From IMG/VR virus record IMGVR_UViG_3300042447_000691: a stretch of DNA of 64,000 bases. One strand, given 5' to 3'. This stretch comes from a virus. Every line of letters begins with the position of its first letter. Position 1 is the first letter of the stretch. Of this stretch, positions 1-11,500 are shown piece by piece. Below the pieces are notes generated by a model. That model had not been told where the DNA came from. It ran no database searches and saw only the letters and a list, made by a program, of their open reading frames with translations. The position numbers and the translations under genes are program-made.

Positions 1-1
1 T

Positions 2-547
2 ACAGTTACCTACACACCACAAGGAGGTAGTTGGCCGACAAATACAATAACATTGGACACAATATTCCAAGGTGATAGTAATAACCAAGTATCGGGACAA
101 ACTTCAGATAATTTTACAACGATCCCGTTTATTCTTTCGGGATATACAAAATCTAAATTAAACGAACTTAGAAGATATGGTACCCAATCATATACGGTTG
201 GTTATCAGTTTTTTAAAAATAACGACATTTTAGGTCAAATAGACTTGATCACTAGTGATTACACGGCATACACAATTAATAATATAAGTTATTTTGACTT
301 TCCTGACGGTAAAACATTCTTTATTTTAAATTCTTCCGGTATAACTGACAATATGATTGTTGCTTCAGCGATTACAAAAAATGAATATTTGTTAGATTTT
401 GTTATGAGTCCTGAAATACAGGCCGATGTTTTCATCGAAAGAGGTAAATATTCCGCTTTTGAGTCGTTAGAAAGGTTAGGTGAAATTGATAATACGGGAG
501 ATATGGTTAGGTATGGTTACGGTTTTTTCAAGATTAATACTACATAA
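2..547 (+). CDS. virion structural protein, 5'-truncated at window edge
   Basis: Frame is open from position 2 (TVTYTPQGGSW...) through the track's TTG at 53. First gene of the structural cluster. Confidence 0.6.
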   Translation, partial: TVTYTPQGGSWPTNTITLDTIFQGDSNNQVSGQTSDNFTTIPFILSGYTKSKLNELRRYGTQSYTVGYQFFKNNDILGQIDLITSDYTAYTINNISYFDFPDGKTFFILNSSGITDNMIVASAITKNEYLLDFVMSPEIQADVFIERGKYSAFESLERLGEIDNTGDMVRYGYGFFKINTT

Positions 548-562
548 AAAATGAAGATAAAC

Positions 563-574
563 TATTTATAAATA
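563..574 (+). promoter_or_regulatory. putative phage late promoter (TATTTAT class), here the palindrome TATTTATAAATA
   Basis: TATTTAT lies 5-25 nt upstream of the ATG of many structural genes (also 8182, 8485, 14647, 16287, 18772, 21606, 34771, 38645, 44281, 49511, 53664, 58242, 61996, 62977). Confidence 0.6.
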
Positions 575-580
575 AAAAAA

Positions 581-1489
581 ATGGCATTAGGAACATACGG
601 AACAGTAAGACCGGCAGACGTATCACCTGAAGATGTTGATATAATTTTACATTATACCGAATCTAGGGATGTGACAACCAACTTCACATTAAAAAAGTTA
701 AACGCAAGAACAATTTTAACACCTTACTTTAATAATACAGATACCGGAGGAAATGATGGTGTTGAGATTTTAGGTGGGTTATATAATTTAAAATTACCCG
801 CATCCGAATTTAATAAAATTGGAATTTACACACTTTATATTAGACCTGCAGAAGTTAGGACAGTTATTACTGATTGTGGGGTTTTATCGTCTTTACCAAA
901 TGTTAAAGGTATAGTAATAGATTTAAACAACGTACCAAATTTATATAGGAATAAATTTACTAATCAAGGGTTGGTTGGGTATAGAATTGAATATTTAAAC
1001 TCCGATGGTAGTAAAATACAAAATTTCTATAGAATAGTGACCTCATCGTTTTATTGTGAACCTGTCTTGAGTGATCAAACAAATAGCACACAAAAAACAA
1101 TAAGATATAGGTATGTTGACGGAGGAAGCGATTTAATTTTTTGTACACTATCACCATCAACCGCACCAACAAACAAACCAACTGCAACACCATATATTGG
1201 ACAACCAAATCAAAATATTATAGTAACTAACACATTTTTTAATCCGTTAACTATCGATATACAAATGGCTGAACATGATTTAGATACTATAGCGATAGCC
1301 CTTTACGGGAATCAAACTAAGAGTATTGAAGATGGTATTTACACGTTATACGATAGTGCTGGTAACATATATAAACAATACAACTTGTTTGAGATTAGAG
1401 ATAACTTTAATGAATTACTTTATGAAGTTAGACAAGATAGGGGATCTAACGTAGATTTTAGTAAGAATTTTACAAATATTATTAGTTAA
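581..1489 (+). CDS. conserved virion structural protein (tail/baseplate region)
   Basis: 302-aa ORF after a late motif, translationally coupled (TAATG) to the next structural gene. No enzyme motif. Confidence 0.55.
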   Translation: MALGTYGTVRPADVSPEDVDIILHYTESRDVTTNFTLKKLNARTILTPYFNNTDTGGNDGVEILGGLYNLKLPASEFNKIGIYTLYIRPAEVRTVITDCGVLSSLPNVKGIVIDLNNVPNLYRNKFTNQGLVGYRIEYLNSDGSKIQNFYRIVTSSFYCEPVLSDQTNSTQKTIRYRYVDGGSDLIFCTLSPSTAPTNKPTATPYIGQPNQNIIVTNTFFNPLTIDIQMAEHDLDTIAIALYGNQTKSIEDGIYTLYDSAGNIYKQYNLFEIRDNFNELLYEVRQDRGSNVDFSKNFTNIIS

Positions 1490-4464
1490 TGGCAAAAACA
1501 AAATACTTTTACCCTCCTGCCCCATCCGTTGGGTCACAAACGTTTTCGGACAACATAGTTGGTTTACAATTAGTTGCGGGTGGAGGTCTAACGCAAGGTA
1601 ATTTTGAGTTTACTTCGGCGATATATGAAAAGGTAAATCGAAAGTTTGATACTGGCGTTTTTTCAGAGCCATTTACTTTAGAGAATTTAAATATTGAAAA
1701 TATTGAAGAGACTAAAAAAATTATTGAAAAAAACTTTAAGGTTTACCCTAATTTTGATATCTCACAAATAACAAGTTTTTCACTATATGGGTCACTACAG
1801 AAACGGTTATTAGCATCTATCACTAAGGTTATTAACTTTTTCCCTGCAGCCATTGAGATATATAGTAACCAATCATCAGGTATCGGAACCTATCCAACAG
1901 CAACCAACATTGTTTATGATAGTGTTGATGATGAGACTACTTTCGATATTAACGTCTTTTTATTTAACAACCCATTTGGTATTGACTATTCGACAAACGC
2001 CAAAAGAAATTTAGAAACAAGACCTTTAGCGGTATCTAAATATAGAAATATAACGGATAACTTTACGAGTTATTCTCTTTATTTTAAAACCTTAGATGTA
2101 GAATATAATTTACTTGATTTGGTGCCAACAACGTCTTTGACTGGTGGTACGGTTAATGTTACGGTTAAGGGTGATCCGTTTAATAATAAAACATCTACAA
2201 TTACACAATCAAACGAAACGTTAATAATAAAACCAAATAACTTAGTTACTGAACAAATTTTTTCAGATAGTTTTGATGAGGTCGAGGACTTTTTACTTAA
2301 TAGAAAAAGTATACCCCTTTATACCTCAACCTTTAAATATCCCGATTATGATGGTGACGGCAATTATGTTATGTACAACGAAAAGGTGACTTGGAAATTG
2401 GATGTTTATTGGAATTTAGATATCACTTCGCCAAATTTTGACAACTACCTAACTAAAGTACAAAAAATTGCAGAAGCGTTAGACCTTTATAAAACCAATT
2501 TGATTAGTCGGTTTTTAATTACTGGTTCGTTTATCGAGTTTGATACTGCAGATCAAAAAATTGAAAAGGTACTTCAAATATATGGTAGAAGTTTTGATGA
2601 GGTTAAAAAATTTATCGACGCGTTGGCTAATATGAACTCAGTTAACTATGTTGTGGGGAACGACATACCGTCGCAACTATTGGTTAATTTGGCTCAAACT
2701 TTAGGGATCAGTACCAATATTTCACCAATAACTAATGAAAACTTTTTAACGTCGGTATTTAATCCAAACGCCACACAAACATATCCGGGACAATCAAAAC
2801 CGGACACACCAACCGAACTTAATTATCAATATTATAGAAATTTAATATTGAATGCGTCTTATATGTTTAAGTCTAAAGGTACGAGAAAATCGATAGAATA
2901 TATCTTGAGATTTATTGGTGCTCCTGATGCTTTGATTGAACTAAATGAAATTGTTTATTTGGCCGACTCTAAGATAAACATAAATAGATTTTACGAACTT
3001 TATGATAACGTGTCTGGAGGTACTTACTTAAACGTATCACCAACATTAGACCCAACCAACACTTTTAGTGTTTTAGGAACAACATACACGGGGTATACAA
3101 CGTCTGCTAGTATAGAATTAACAACTTCTACGTTAGCTGATTATCCGGTTGACCCTTATGGTTATCCAAAACCACCAACAAACAACGACAGTTATTATTA
3201 CCAACTTGGAAGTGGATGGTTTGAACAGACACCTGAACATAGATCTGATGAGGTTGCTGATTTAGCAAATTCTTCATTTGATCCAGCAAACCCGTATTTA
3301 ATATCATCCTTAAAACCGTTCACTTATGGTCAAGAATATTTAGATAAGTATAGAAACTTTCCATCTATGGGTACTTTTGGTTTTGAAATAACAAAGACAA
3401 TTGACAACCAAAAATCGTGGGAGATAAATACAGAAACAAGAAAAAATAATAGTGACTTCAATGGTGTTGATTATACGACGGAAAGTGATAATTTGGTTTT
3501 AAATACTAAAATGGTTGAGGTTTATTTGAACATGGGTCAAGGTATCACTTACGATGTATGGGATATGTCAGCACAATACGATTACCCTATACCTAATACG
3601 GGGTTAACCGCACCATACCCATCGCCAGGATTAATAGATTGGACATTCATAAATCCAAAACCAAAAGAGAAATCGTTTTTTGAGTTTGCTCAAAGTTTTT
3701 ATAATAATTTTATTAATGTAAGAAATCGGTGGACAATATCTGACGGTAAAACCGGAGGATATCCAACACTACAATCTGTTTTTTGGAATTATTTACAATC
3801 TGAAGAAACGGTTGGAATACCATCTAATAAATTCACCTATCAAAAAATGATAGATTTTACGTTAGGGTTAGGTGATTATTGGCAAAGACTTTTAGAGCAA
3901 GTTGTTCCAGCAACAACAATATGGATGACAGGGCAAAAAATGGATAACTCGGCATTTCATAGACAAAAAATAGTTTGGAGAAGACAAAGGGGTTGTATAT
4001 TTATTCCTGTTAGTTGTATTCCTTGTGCATATAACGGTCAGTTATTTACATATGATTGTATTGATCAAACATTAACTTGTTCTTTAACTAATCTAAGTAA
4101 CCCATTATTTCCAAGTCAAGTACTGAGCGATAGTGTGAATAACCTAATAGCGTCTAGTGGGTATACACAAACACAGTGTGACGAAACTAGTGTTGTTAGT
4201 ACTTGGTATATCGATTGTCGTTTAGATAGTGACATATTAATACAAGGTTCGTTCTTTACAGGGTATGGAGATCAGACACCAACAACAACTCAAATTTTAA
4301 CGGCGATTGAAACTGAATTAGATACTTTATACAGTTTTGGTTTAAATTATTATTTGGCGGGTAATAATTTAATAGTGAGTAACACTACTTGCTACGATAA
4401 CTTTACTAATAAAACTTTCCACATAAATATCGGTGTGGATATAGATATAAATTGTACGAACTAA
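1489..4464 (+). CDS. baseplate wedge-like structural protein
   Basis: 991 aa. Segment YYRNLILNASYMFKSKGTRKSIEYILRFIG resembles the KGT-xx-I motif of myovirus baseplate wedge/P2 gpI-like proteins. Cys-rich C-terminus. Confidence 0.55.
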   Translation: MAKTKYFYPPAPSVGSQTFSDNIVGLQLVAGGGLTQGNFEFTSAIYEKVNRKFDTGVFSEPFTLENLNIENIEETKKIIEKNFKVYPNFDISQITSFSLYGSLQKRLLASITKVINFFPAAIEIYSNQSSGIGTYPTATNIVYDSVDDETTFDINVFLFNNPFGIDYSTNAKRNLETRPLAVSKYRNITDNFTSYSLYFKTLDVEYNLLDLVPTTSLTGGTVNVTVKGDPFNNKTSTITQSNETLIIKPNNLVTEQIFSDSFDEVEDFLLNRKSIPLYTSTFKYPDYDGDGNYVMYNEKVTWKLDVYWNLDITSPNFDNYLTKVQKIAEALDLYKTNLISRFLITGSFIEFDTADQKIEKVLQIYGRSFDEVKKFIDALANMNSVNYVVGNDIPSQLLVNLAQTLGISTNISPITNENFLTSVFNPNATQTYPGQSKPDTPTELNYQYYRNLILNASYMFKSKGTRKSIEYILRFIGAPDALIELNEIVYLADSKININRFYELYDNVSGGTYLNVSPTLDPTNTFSVLGTTYTGYTTSASIELTTSTLADYPVDPYGYPKPPTNNDSYYYQLGSGWFEQTPEHRSDEVADLANSSFDPANPYLISSLKPFTYGQEYLDKYRNFPSMGTFGFEITKTIDNQKSWEINTETRKNNSDFNGVDYTTESDNLVLNTKMVEVYLNMGQGITYDVWDMSAQYDYPIPNTGLTAPYPSPGLIDWTFINPKPKEKSFFEFAQSFYNNFINVRNRWTISDGKTGGYPTLQSVFWNYLQSEETVGIPSNKFTYQKMIDFTLGLGDYWQRLLEQVVPATTIWMTGQKMDNSAFHRQKIVWRRQRGCIFIPVSCIPCAYNGQLFTYDCIDQTLTCSLTNLSNPLFPSQVLSDSVNNLIASSGYTQTQCDETSVVSTWYIDCRLDSDILIQGSFFTGYGDQTPTTTQILTAIETELDTLYSFGLNYYLAGNNLIVSNTTCYDNFTNKTFHINIGVDIDINCTN

Positions 4465-4473
4465 TTATAGATT

Positions 4474-7400
4474 ATGGCATGTGTTTCAGGATTAACAAAT
4501 GGGGTATATAGTTATGTAGATTGTTGTGGTAATTTACAGGCGGGAGTTTCATTAGGTGTGGGTATTTGTATTGATGATACGTACTCTGGTAGTGCGTCTG
4601 GCGTTTACATTGCGACAGGACAAACCTGTACACAAAATTGTAATACAGGAATTTTAACATACACTTTCACCGTAACAGGTGTTTGTGATTCTTCTTCGGG
4701 TACCACAGTAATTACACCGTTTGGTGGTGTTTTACCATATACGATAGATAATATCATACCAGGGACTATAAGTGCTCAGACCAGTAACGGGCCTTTCACT
4801 TATACAGGTTTAACGGGGGGTACTTATGTTTTTAGACTTAACGATTTTTTAGGGTTACAAAACAACGAGGCGTTTATAAACGTATTTGTTTCTGAATGTT
4901 TTATTGCTAATATAACAGATACAACAACAACATGTGGGTTGGATAATGGATTTGTATCTGTTAGTGCAACATCAACCAATAGTCCATATAATATTATTCT
5001 TTATAAAGACGATGTGTTATATGATGTCCAACAAACAATAACATTACCTTACATTTTTCCTAGTTTAGGTGCCGGTGAGTACTATGCGACTGTGTTTGAT
5101 TACGGAGCGGTAAGTGCAAATACACCGAACATTTTAATATATAGTTCAACAAGTGTTAACTTTGGTTTATGGAAAGTGAACACATCGACATGTGTGATCA
5201 ACACGGGTAAACTCGCCGTAACAGGATTAACAGGAACCGGACCATTCACGTACTTATGGAGTAACGGAGATACAACACAATTAGTTACGGGATTAACTCA
5301 AGGAACATATAGTTGTACAGTAACCGATAGTATTGGTTGCTCAACCACAGTTTCAGAAACCATAGGACAAGCATTACCTTTAGGAATATTAGGGACAAGT
5401 AGTGTTAGTCCGAGTTGTTTTGCGTCTGATGGTAGTTTAACATATACTGTTTCAGGTGGAACCGCACCGTTTTTCTATTCTGCTAATACGGGACAAGTTG
5501 GGTACACTTTATCTGACACGTTTACATTGACTAATTTAGGAAGTGGTAATTACAACGTATTAATACGAGATGCTAATTTTTGTGAAATAAACGTTTCAGG
5601 ATCACTCAACACTCAAAATGGGTTTTCATTATCTAGTTTAAACATAACCAACTCAATATGTAGTCAAAACAATGGTGAGATATCGGTTTCAATAAACGGA
5701 ACGGGTAGTCAAGATTACCTTTATGTGTTAAGTGCACAGACAGGAGGAACCGTCTATAGTTATTTTGGTACTAACCAAACATTCCAACAAGCGGGGTTAA
5801 CTAATGGTATTTATGATTTAATTATTTCGGGGACGGGATCACCTTGTGCTTATACCACAACCGCAACAATAAACTCACAACAAAAATTCACAATAACGGC
5901 AACCACTTCAGGATCTACTTGTGGACAACCGAACGGTGAAGTCACGGTGACGGTGGGTACGGGATATACTGGATTTATTACTTACGTATTGGAAAACCTC
6001 GATACACCATTAGTTAATGATAGTGTAGTACCATCAACATCATCAAGTGCTGAAACATTCACAAGTTTAATACCAGGAAATTATAGAATAAATGTTATAG
6101 ATATTCAAGGATGTGTTGTTAGTGAGGACTTCTCAATCACGACAACCAACTTTGTTAGTTTTGCGATAAACCCCGTTAATTGTCTTCTTGGTGTTCCGGG
6201 ATATGCAACCGCATCGATATATCAAGGAGAACCACCATTCATGTATTTATGGTCTGACGGGCAAACAGGAACGACGGCAACAGGATTAACCGCAGGTACT
6301 TATAGTTTGGTTGTTACTGATAGTAATACTTGTTCTGACACCAATTATTTTAATATAACGTGTGTTGGTAATAGTATAGAAGGTTACGAACTTTACAACC
6401 TTTGTTCGAATAACTTTAATACCACATCGGGAAATCGTCGAGGAATTTCCGAGATGTTCTTTGAAGGGTTTATGGATGCAACATCAGGATATACTGGGTG
6501 TACGATAGACAATGCTGATTTAACCTGTACAATAACGATAAACGGTAGTGCTTTTACACAGACGTTTGCAAATATCACAAACATTGATGATATTCCTTCA
6601 GACGACTTATGGGTACAATCGATAGAATACTTACTATCATCAACAAGTGCCGTTGGTAGTTATACTATCAACCAATTGAATAACACAATACATATTGAAT
6701 CTAATTGTAGTGGAGACCAAGACCCTATTGGTAATTCTGAATTTAAGTTAGAATTAACCATAGATTATGACTCTACTTGTGCGGGAAGCGCAACAACAAC
6801 ACCTATCGTTGTGTGTTGTGCACCAACTATTGTTGACGTAAACGACCTTGGAAGTGGACTTTACGGGATATACTTCAATTTAAATTGTGGTTCATGTACT
6901 TTAACATCAATACAATACTCAACAGACAGTGGATCAACATGGAGTACTAGTAATACGTCAAGTTGTAGTACATATAGAACAATAGCAACAACGGCAACAA
7001 CGACAGGAACAACATATTTTAGAATGACCAAAAATTGTGGATCAACTATTAGTAACGACTCAAACTCATACATTTACACAACACCAACACCTACCCCTAC
7101 TCCAACACCTACCCCTACTCCAACACCAACACCTACCCCAACACCTGGATTTAGGGCGACTGTGGATACTAGAATTGTTTATGGTTCATTATATGATCCA
7201 TATACTGGTTTGTTTTTACCGGCATCAACCGGAAATAATGTTATAAGATTACCATTTAATGTTATCGGACAAACTAATATCACAAACGGAACTATTTATT
7301 GGGGGGATGGGACAACCTCAACACTATCTTACGCTAACAGAACCCATACATATACAACCGGCCCAGGAATATATCAGATTACTATTACAGTGAATTCTGG

Positions 7401-7890
7401 AGGAGCCTTTAATGGTATAGGAGCTAACCCAATTGCTAATGATAGATTAAAATTTTTATCAATAGATGAGTGGGGAGATTTACAATTTGATGGGGGTTAT
7501 ACAAATTCTTTCTTTGGATTCCACAACCTATCATTGTCAGCAACAACAGATAGTCCACAACTTTATGATGGCACTCCTGATGATTCATTAGCTTTGTTAT
7601 TTGAGAACACATTTACAGGATTTACAAATATTAATAATATTGGATCTTGGAATGTTAGGGATATTACCAACATGGGGGCATTTTTAGCTAATGGAGGTGT
7701 TTACGTATCGGGGTTAAACAGTACAAATTATGATAGTTTATTAAACGGATGGGCATCATATGGGTCATCTTTACAAAATGGTGTTATTTGTGACTTTGGT
7801 TCTTCTAAATATGGACTATCGGCAGCAGCATCAAGAACGTACCTAACAGGTACCAAAGGTTGGCTAATAAACGATGGTGGTCCTGTATAA
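4474..7890 (+). CDS. SprB-repeat adhesin-like virion protein with PT linker and C-terminal PKD/DUF285(BspA)-like region
   Basis: Repeats such as GTGPFTYLWSNGDTTQLVTGLTQGTYSCTVTDSIGC (SprB repeat), a (TP)n tract, IYWGDGT (PKD-like) and NIGSWNVRDITNMG (DUF285-like). Confidence 0.75.
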   Translation: MACVSGLTNGVYSYVDCCGNLQAGVSLGVGICIDDTYSGSASGVYIATGQTCTQNCNTGILTYTFTVTGVCDSSSGTTVITPFGGVLPYTIDNIIPGTISAQTSNGPFTYTGLTGGTYVFRLNDFLGLQNNEAFINVFVSECFIANITDTTTTCGLDNGFVSVSATSTNSPYNIILYKDDVLYDVQQTITLPYIFPSLGAGEYYATVFDYGAVSANTPNILIYSSTSVNFGLWKVNTSTCVINTGKLAVTGLTGTGPFTYLWSNGDTTQLVTGLTQGTYSCTVTDSIGCSTTVSETIGQALPLGILGTSSVSPSCFASDGSLTYTVSGGTAPFFYSANTGQVGYTLSDTFTLTNLGSGNYNVLIRDANFCEINVSGSLNTQNGFSLSSLNITNSICSQNNGEISVSINGTGSQDYLYVLSAQTGGTVYSYFGTNQTFQQAGLTNGIYDLIISGTGSPCAYTTTATINSQQKFTITATTSGSTCGQPNGEVTVTVGTGYTGFITYVLENLDTPLVNDSVVPSTSSSAETFTSLIPGNYRINVIDIQGCVVSEDFSITTTNFVSFAINPVNCLLGVPGYATASIYQGEPPFMYLWSDGQTGTTATGLTAGTYSLVVTDSNTCSDTNYFNITCVGNSIEGYELYNLCSNNFNTTSGNRRGISEMFFEGFMDATSGYTGCTIDNADLTCTITINGSAFTQTFANITNIDDIPSDDLWVQSIEYLLSSTSAVGSYTINQLNNTIHIESNCSGDQDPIGNSEFKLELTIDYDSTCAGSATTTPIVVCCAPTIVDVNDLGSGLYGIYFNLNCGSCTLTSIQYSTDSGSTWSTSNTSSCSTYRTIATTATTTGTTYFRMTKNCGSTISNDSNSYIYTTPTPTPTPTPTPTPTPTPTPTPGFRATVDTRIVYGSLYDPYTGLFLPASTGNNVIRLPFNVIGQTNITNGTIYWGDGTTSTLSYANRTHTYTTGPGIYQITITVNSGGAFNGIGANPIANDRLKFLSIDEWGDLQFDGGYTNSFFGFHNLSLSATTDSPQLYDGTPDDSLALLFENTFTGFTNINNIGSWNVRDITNMGAFLANGGVYVSGLNSTNYDSLLNGWASYGSSLQNGVICDFGSSKYGLSAAASRTYLTGTKGWLINDGGPV
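7078..7146 (+). repeat. Pro-Thr coding tandem repeat
   Basis: acaccaacacctacccctactcca... encodes about 11 TP units. Confidence 0.9.
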
Positions 7891-8177
7891 TGGCATATTC
7901 AATAGACATAACAGGCGTTTCAGGTGGTACCGCACCGATTAGTTTCTACGCTTGTGACGAATATGGGAACAATTGTTCATTTTTAGGGATTGCTCCTGGT
8001 GTTTATATATTACCGGCATTATTACAAACGGCAACAACCATTATGATAAAATCTATTGATAGTGGCGGGTGTACGTTCTTTAAAATAATATCTTGTGACG
8101 TTGAGACTTTCTTAATTTTAACAGAACTTGGAGATTCTTTAACCACAGAAGATGGTGACACTTTAGTTTTTGAATAA
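7890..8177 (+). CDS. small Cys-containing fibre-associated/adaptor protein (paralogue 1)
   Basis: Start refined to ATG 7890 (MAYSIDITGVSGGTAPISFYACD). Similar to 8193 and 16300. Confidence 0.6.
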   Translation: MAYSIDITGVSGGTAPISFYACDEYGNNCSFLGIAPGVYILPALLQTATTIMIKSIDSGGCTFFKIISCDVETFLILTELGDSLTTEDGDTLVFE

Positions 8178-8192
8178 AAAGTATTTATCTAT

Positions 8193-8480
8193 ATGATAGT
8201 TAATATAACAGGAGACACAGGAGGGTTAGAACCATACGACATTTTTTTATGTGATCCAACAAATACGGGTTGTTTCTACGTTTCAGGATTAACAAACATA
8301 CCTGCAACGGTTGTTATTAATACGGAAAGTTATTTTCCAAACGAAAATTACCTTTATTTAAGAATTATTGATACAAATGGATGTGTTTACTCGACAGTTA
8401 TTGATTGTGCGGGTCAAAAGGCGTTCCAAAATGATATATACTTTAATTTTATGGACGGGTTTGGTTATATTTTCCAATAA
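8193..8480 (+). CDS. small Cys-containing fibre-associated/adaptor protein (paralogue 2)
   Basis: MIVNITGDTGGLEPYDIFLCDP; acidic-aromatic tail FQNDIYFNFMDGFGYIFQ. Confidence 0.6.
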   Translation: MIVNITGDTGGLEPYDIFLCDPTNTGCFYVSGLTNIPATVVINTESYFPNENYLYLRIIDTNGCVYSTVIDCAGQKAFQNDIYFNFMDGFGYIFQ

Positions 8481-8501
8481 ATAATATTTATTAAATAAAC
8501 T

Positions 8502-11500
8502 ATGCCAACATATCAATTATTAACAGACAGGTCTTTAGCCCAATCATCGGCAATAACGCCGACGACACTCATACATATTGTTTATACTGGTGACCCATCT
8601 CAAAATATTGCGGGATCATCATATAAGGCCGAACTTGGACAACTTGCCGGATTATTTAGTGGTACGTCAGATACTTTTGTTACAGGAGGAACCTATTCTG
8701 CTGGTACAATAACATTTATAAACAGTAGCGGCGGAACTTTTGATGTAACCGGATTAACTACAGGTGACACAACGACAATTACAGGAGCAACTAGTGTTGG
8801 TACGGGTGTTACAATATTTGATAGTGTAATTGATAGGGATATAAAAATAAATTCTATCACGGGAGACACTTTAGAAAAGATAACTACCACATTATTTTCT
8901 AACACTATTGAGGTCGGAATTAATGAACAAAATTTAGATTTGTGGTCTTTAGTTGTACAAGGTAATCGATTAATAAGTGGAGGTGTCTCGTATGTTAGTG
9001 GATTAACTTTCGAAACGAGTGCTTTGGAATACATTATTGGTGGTACAATATACGACATACCACTACCAACCACACTTGTTTTGAGTAGTGGTGATCCTGT
9101 TTTTAATAGAATCGATGTTATTGTTGCTGATGTGAGTGGAAATACTTCGGTAGTGGGGGGTACTCCGTCCGCAAATCCAGAAAAACCTGATATTGACGAA
9201 GAAACTCAAGTTGAAGTGACGTTTGTATCAATACCTGCAAATGGTACGACACCAGATATAGATTTATTATTATTATATAACGAAAATGTGGGGCCACCAA
9301 CTGAATGGTCATTTGGTGCAGTTGGTTTACAACCAACAAGAATAAGTGGATCATCAACTGACCAAACATATAGTGGTTTAACAGCTATTAGAGTTAGTGG
9401 GGTTACCGGAACATTTACTACGTCGTTCAGATTGACAGGATCAACAACGGTAGACACAAACCAATTCGCAACATTACAGTTTGCGATAAGAAATTTATCA
9501 GCAAACACAACATCAAGTCAAATACGGTTGGGTTTTAGAACCACTGGAAACACACAGAACGGTAATTATGTTTATATGAATGCTGCTGGTTCTTCGGGGT
9601 ATGTTCAATATAGTAGTACGAATACGTCCTCTTGGCAGTTAATATCAATACCTTTATGGAGATTTTACTTAACTAACACAAACGTTCAAGTTTTAGATGT
9701 TTCATTTAATAGTCCGAACGCTAGGTACTATTTTGATATGATACAATTAGTTGAGGGATTAGCCTCGTCTCCACCTACTAACGCATGGACAACAATTAAA
9801 GGTGATGGATCGACGACGATTATCGCCCCTAACCCTAACGCCACTTTAACTATATCAGGTGGTACAAACATCGGTTCTTTTATATCTGGAGCCTCAACAG
9901 TTGTTTTAAACTTGGACAATAATATTAATTTAAATGGTGTTACAGCGTCAACAATATCCGCAACCACATATCAAAATTTACCTTCAAGTACCTTTACTGG
10001 TGGAACTGTAAGTGGCACAACTAACTTTACAAATGGGTTAAGTGCAAACACAATATCAGCAACAACATATCAGAATTTACCAACAGATATTAGAGTTACA
10101 GGTGGAACATACTCCGCCGGAACTATCTCATTCACTAACAACACCGGTGGGACTTTTAATGTAACCGGATTAACCACAGGATCAACATCAACCGTAAGTG
10201 GTAATTTTTTACCATTAAGTGGTGGGACAGTAACAGGAGGAACCATTTTCCAAAGCGGATTAACCGCAACAACAATATCCGCAACAACATATTTAAACTT
10301 ACCATTAGACATAAGAGTGACTGGTGGAACGTATTCTGCAGGTACAACAACATTTACTAACAACACGGGAGGCACATTTAACGTAACGGGTTTTACTACC
10401 GGATCAACATCATCAGTAAGTGGGGAGTATTTACCTTTAAGTGGTGGGACCGTAAGTGGAGCAACAAACTTCACAAATGGGTTAACTGCAAACACAATGT
10501 CCGCTAGTACTTTATTTGTAAATGGAGTAAAAATTACCGGAGATACATATGTTACAGGACTAACATTCAATACATTAAATTATAATTTAACGTTAGGAAG
10601 AAACGATGGTGTTACATTTACTGATAATTTAGGTGTTTTAGCTTCAGATAATACAATAACAGGAGGAACGTATAACTCATTAACAGGTGTCGGTACGTTT
10701 ACTAATAACACTGGAGGAACATTTGATGTTTCAGGGTTTTTAGTTGGATACACAGATGTTGAAGTTACGGGATCAACATACAACAATAACACCTTTACGT
10801 TTACAAATTCAACGGGAGGTACTTTTGATGTATTATTCAATACTGTCACAGGATTAACGTCAACAGGATTGGTTTCATCTAATACTATATCTGCAACAAC
10901 ATATTTAAACTTACCATTAGACATAAGGGTGACTGGTGGAACGTATTCTGCAGGTACAACAACATTTACGAACAACACAGGAGGAACTTTTAACGTAACA
11001 GGATTCACTACAGGTACTACCTCATCAGTAAGTGGGGATTATTTACCTTTAAGTGGGGGGACTGTAAGTGGGTCAACAACCTTCACTAACGGGTTAACGG
11101 CAAATACAATAAGTGCTACAACATATTTAAACATATCCGTACCAACACTGAACCAAGTTCTAATTGAAGGTAATCAAACTTTAGGTGAAGATATCGTTTT
11201 AAATGATATGGATAGTATTATCAATACCGGTAATACTATCGGAATACAATTTAAAACCGGTGCGACGATGTACCAATATGCTACGGATAATATAGATAAA
11301 ACAACTGAAATAAGTTTAGATAAAGAATTTATAACATTAAACGCTACAAATAATGATGATGGATATTATGCTACAATTCAACTTGATGTAAGTAATAACG
11401 TGATGTTTGAAATTGTTGGAGACCCCGCTTTAAATAATTTTAGTAGAACGACAAGACAACTTGGTGTTATAAATGATTATGTTGGTAATTCAACAAATAC

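Noticed and set aside
567-574. T4-type late promoter TATAAATA
   Set aside because: Occurs here only as part of a palindrome. The recurring sense-strand motif is its reverse complement TATTTAT.
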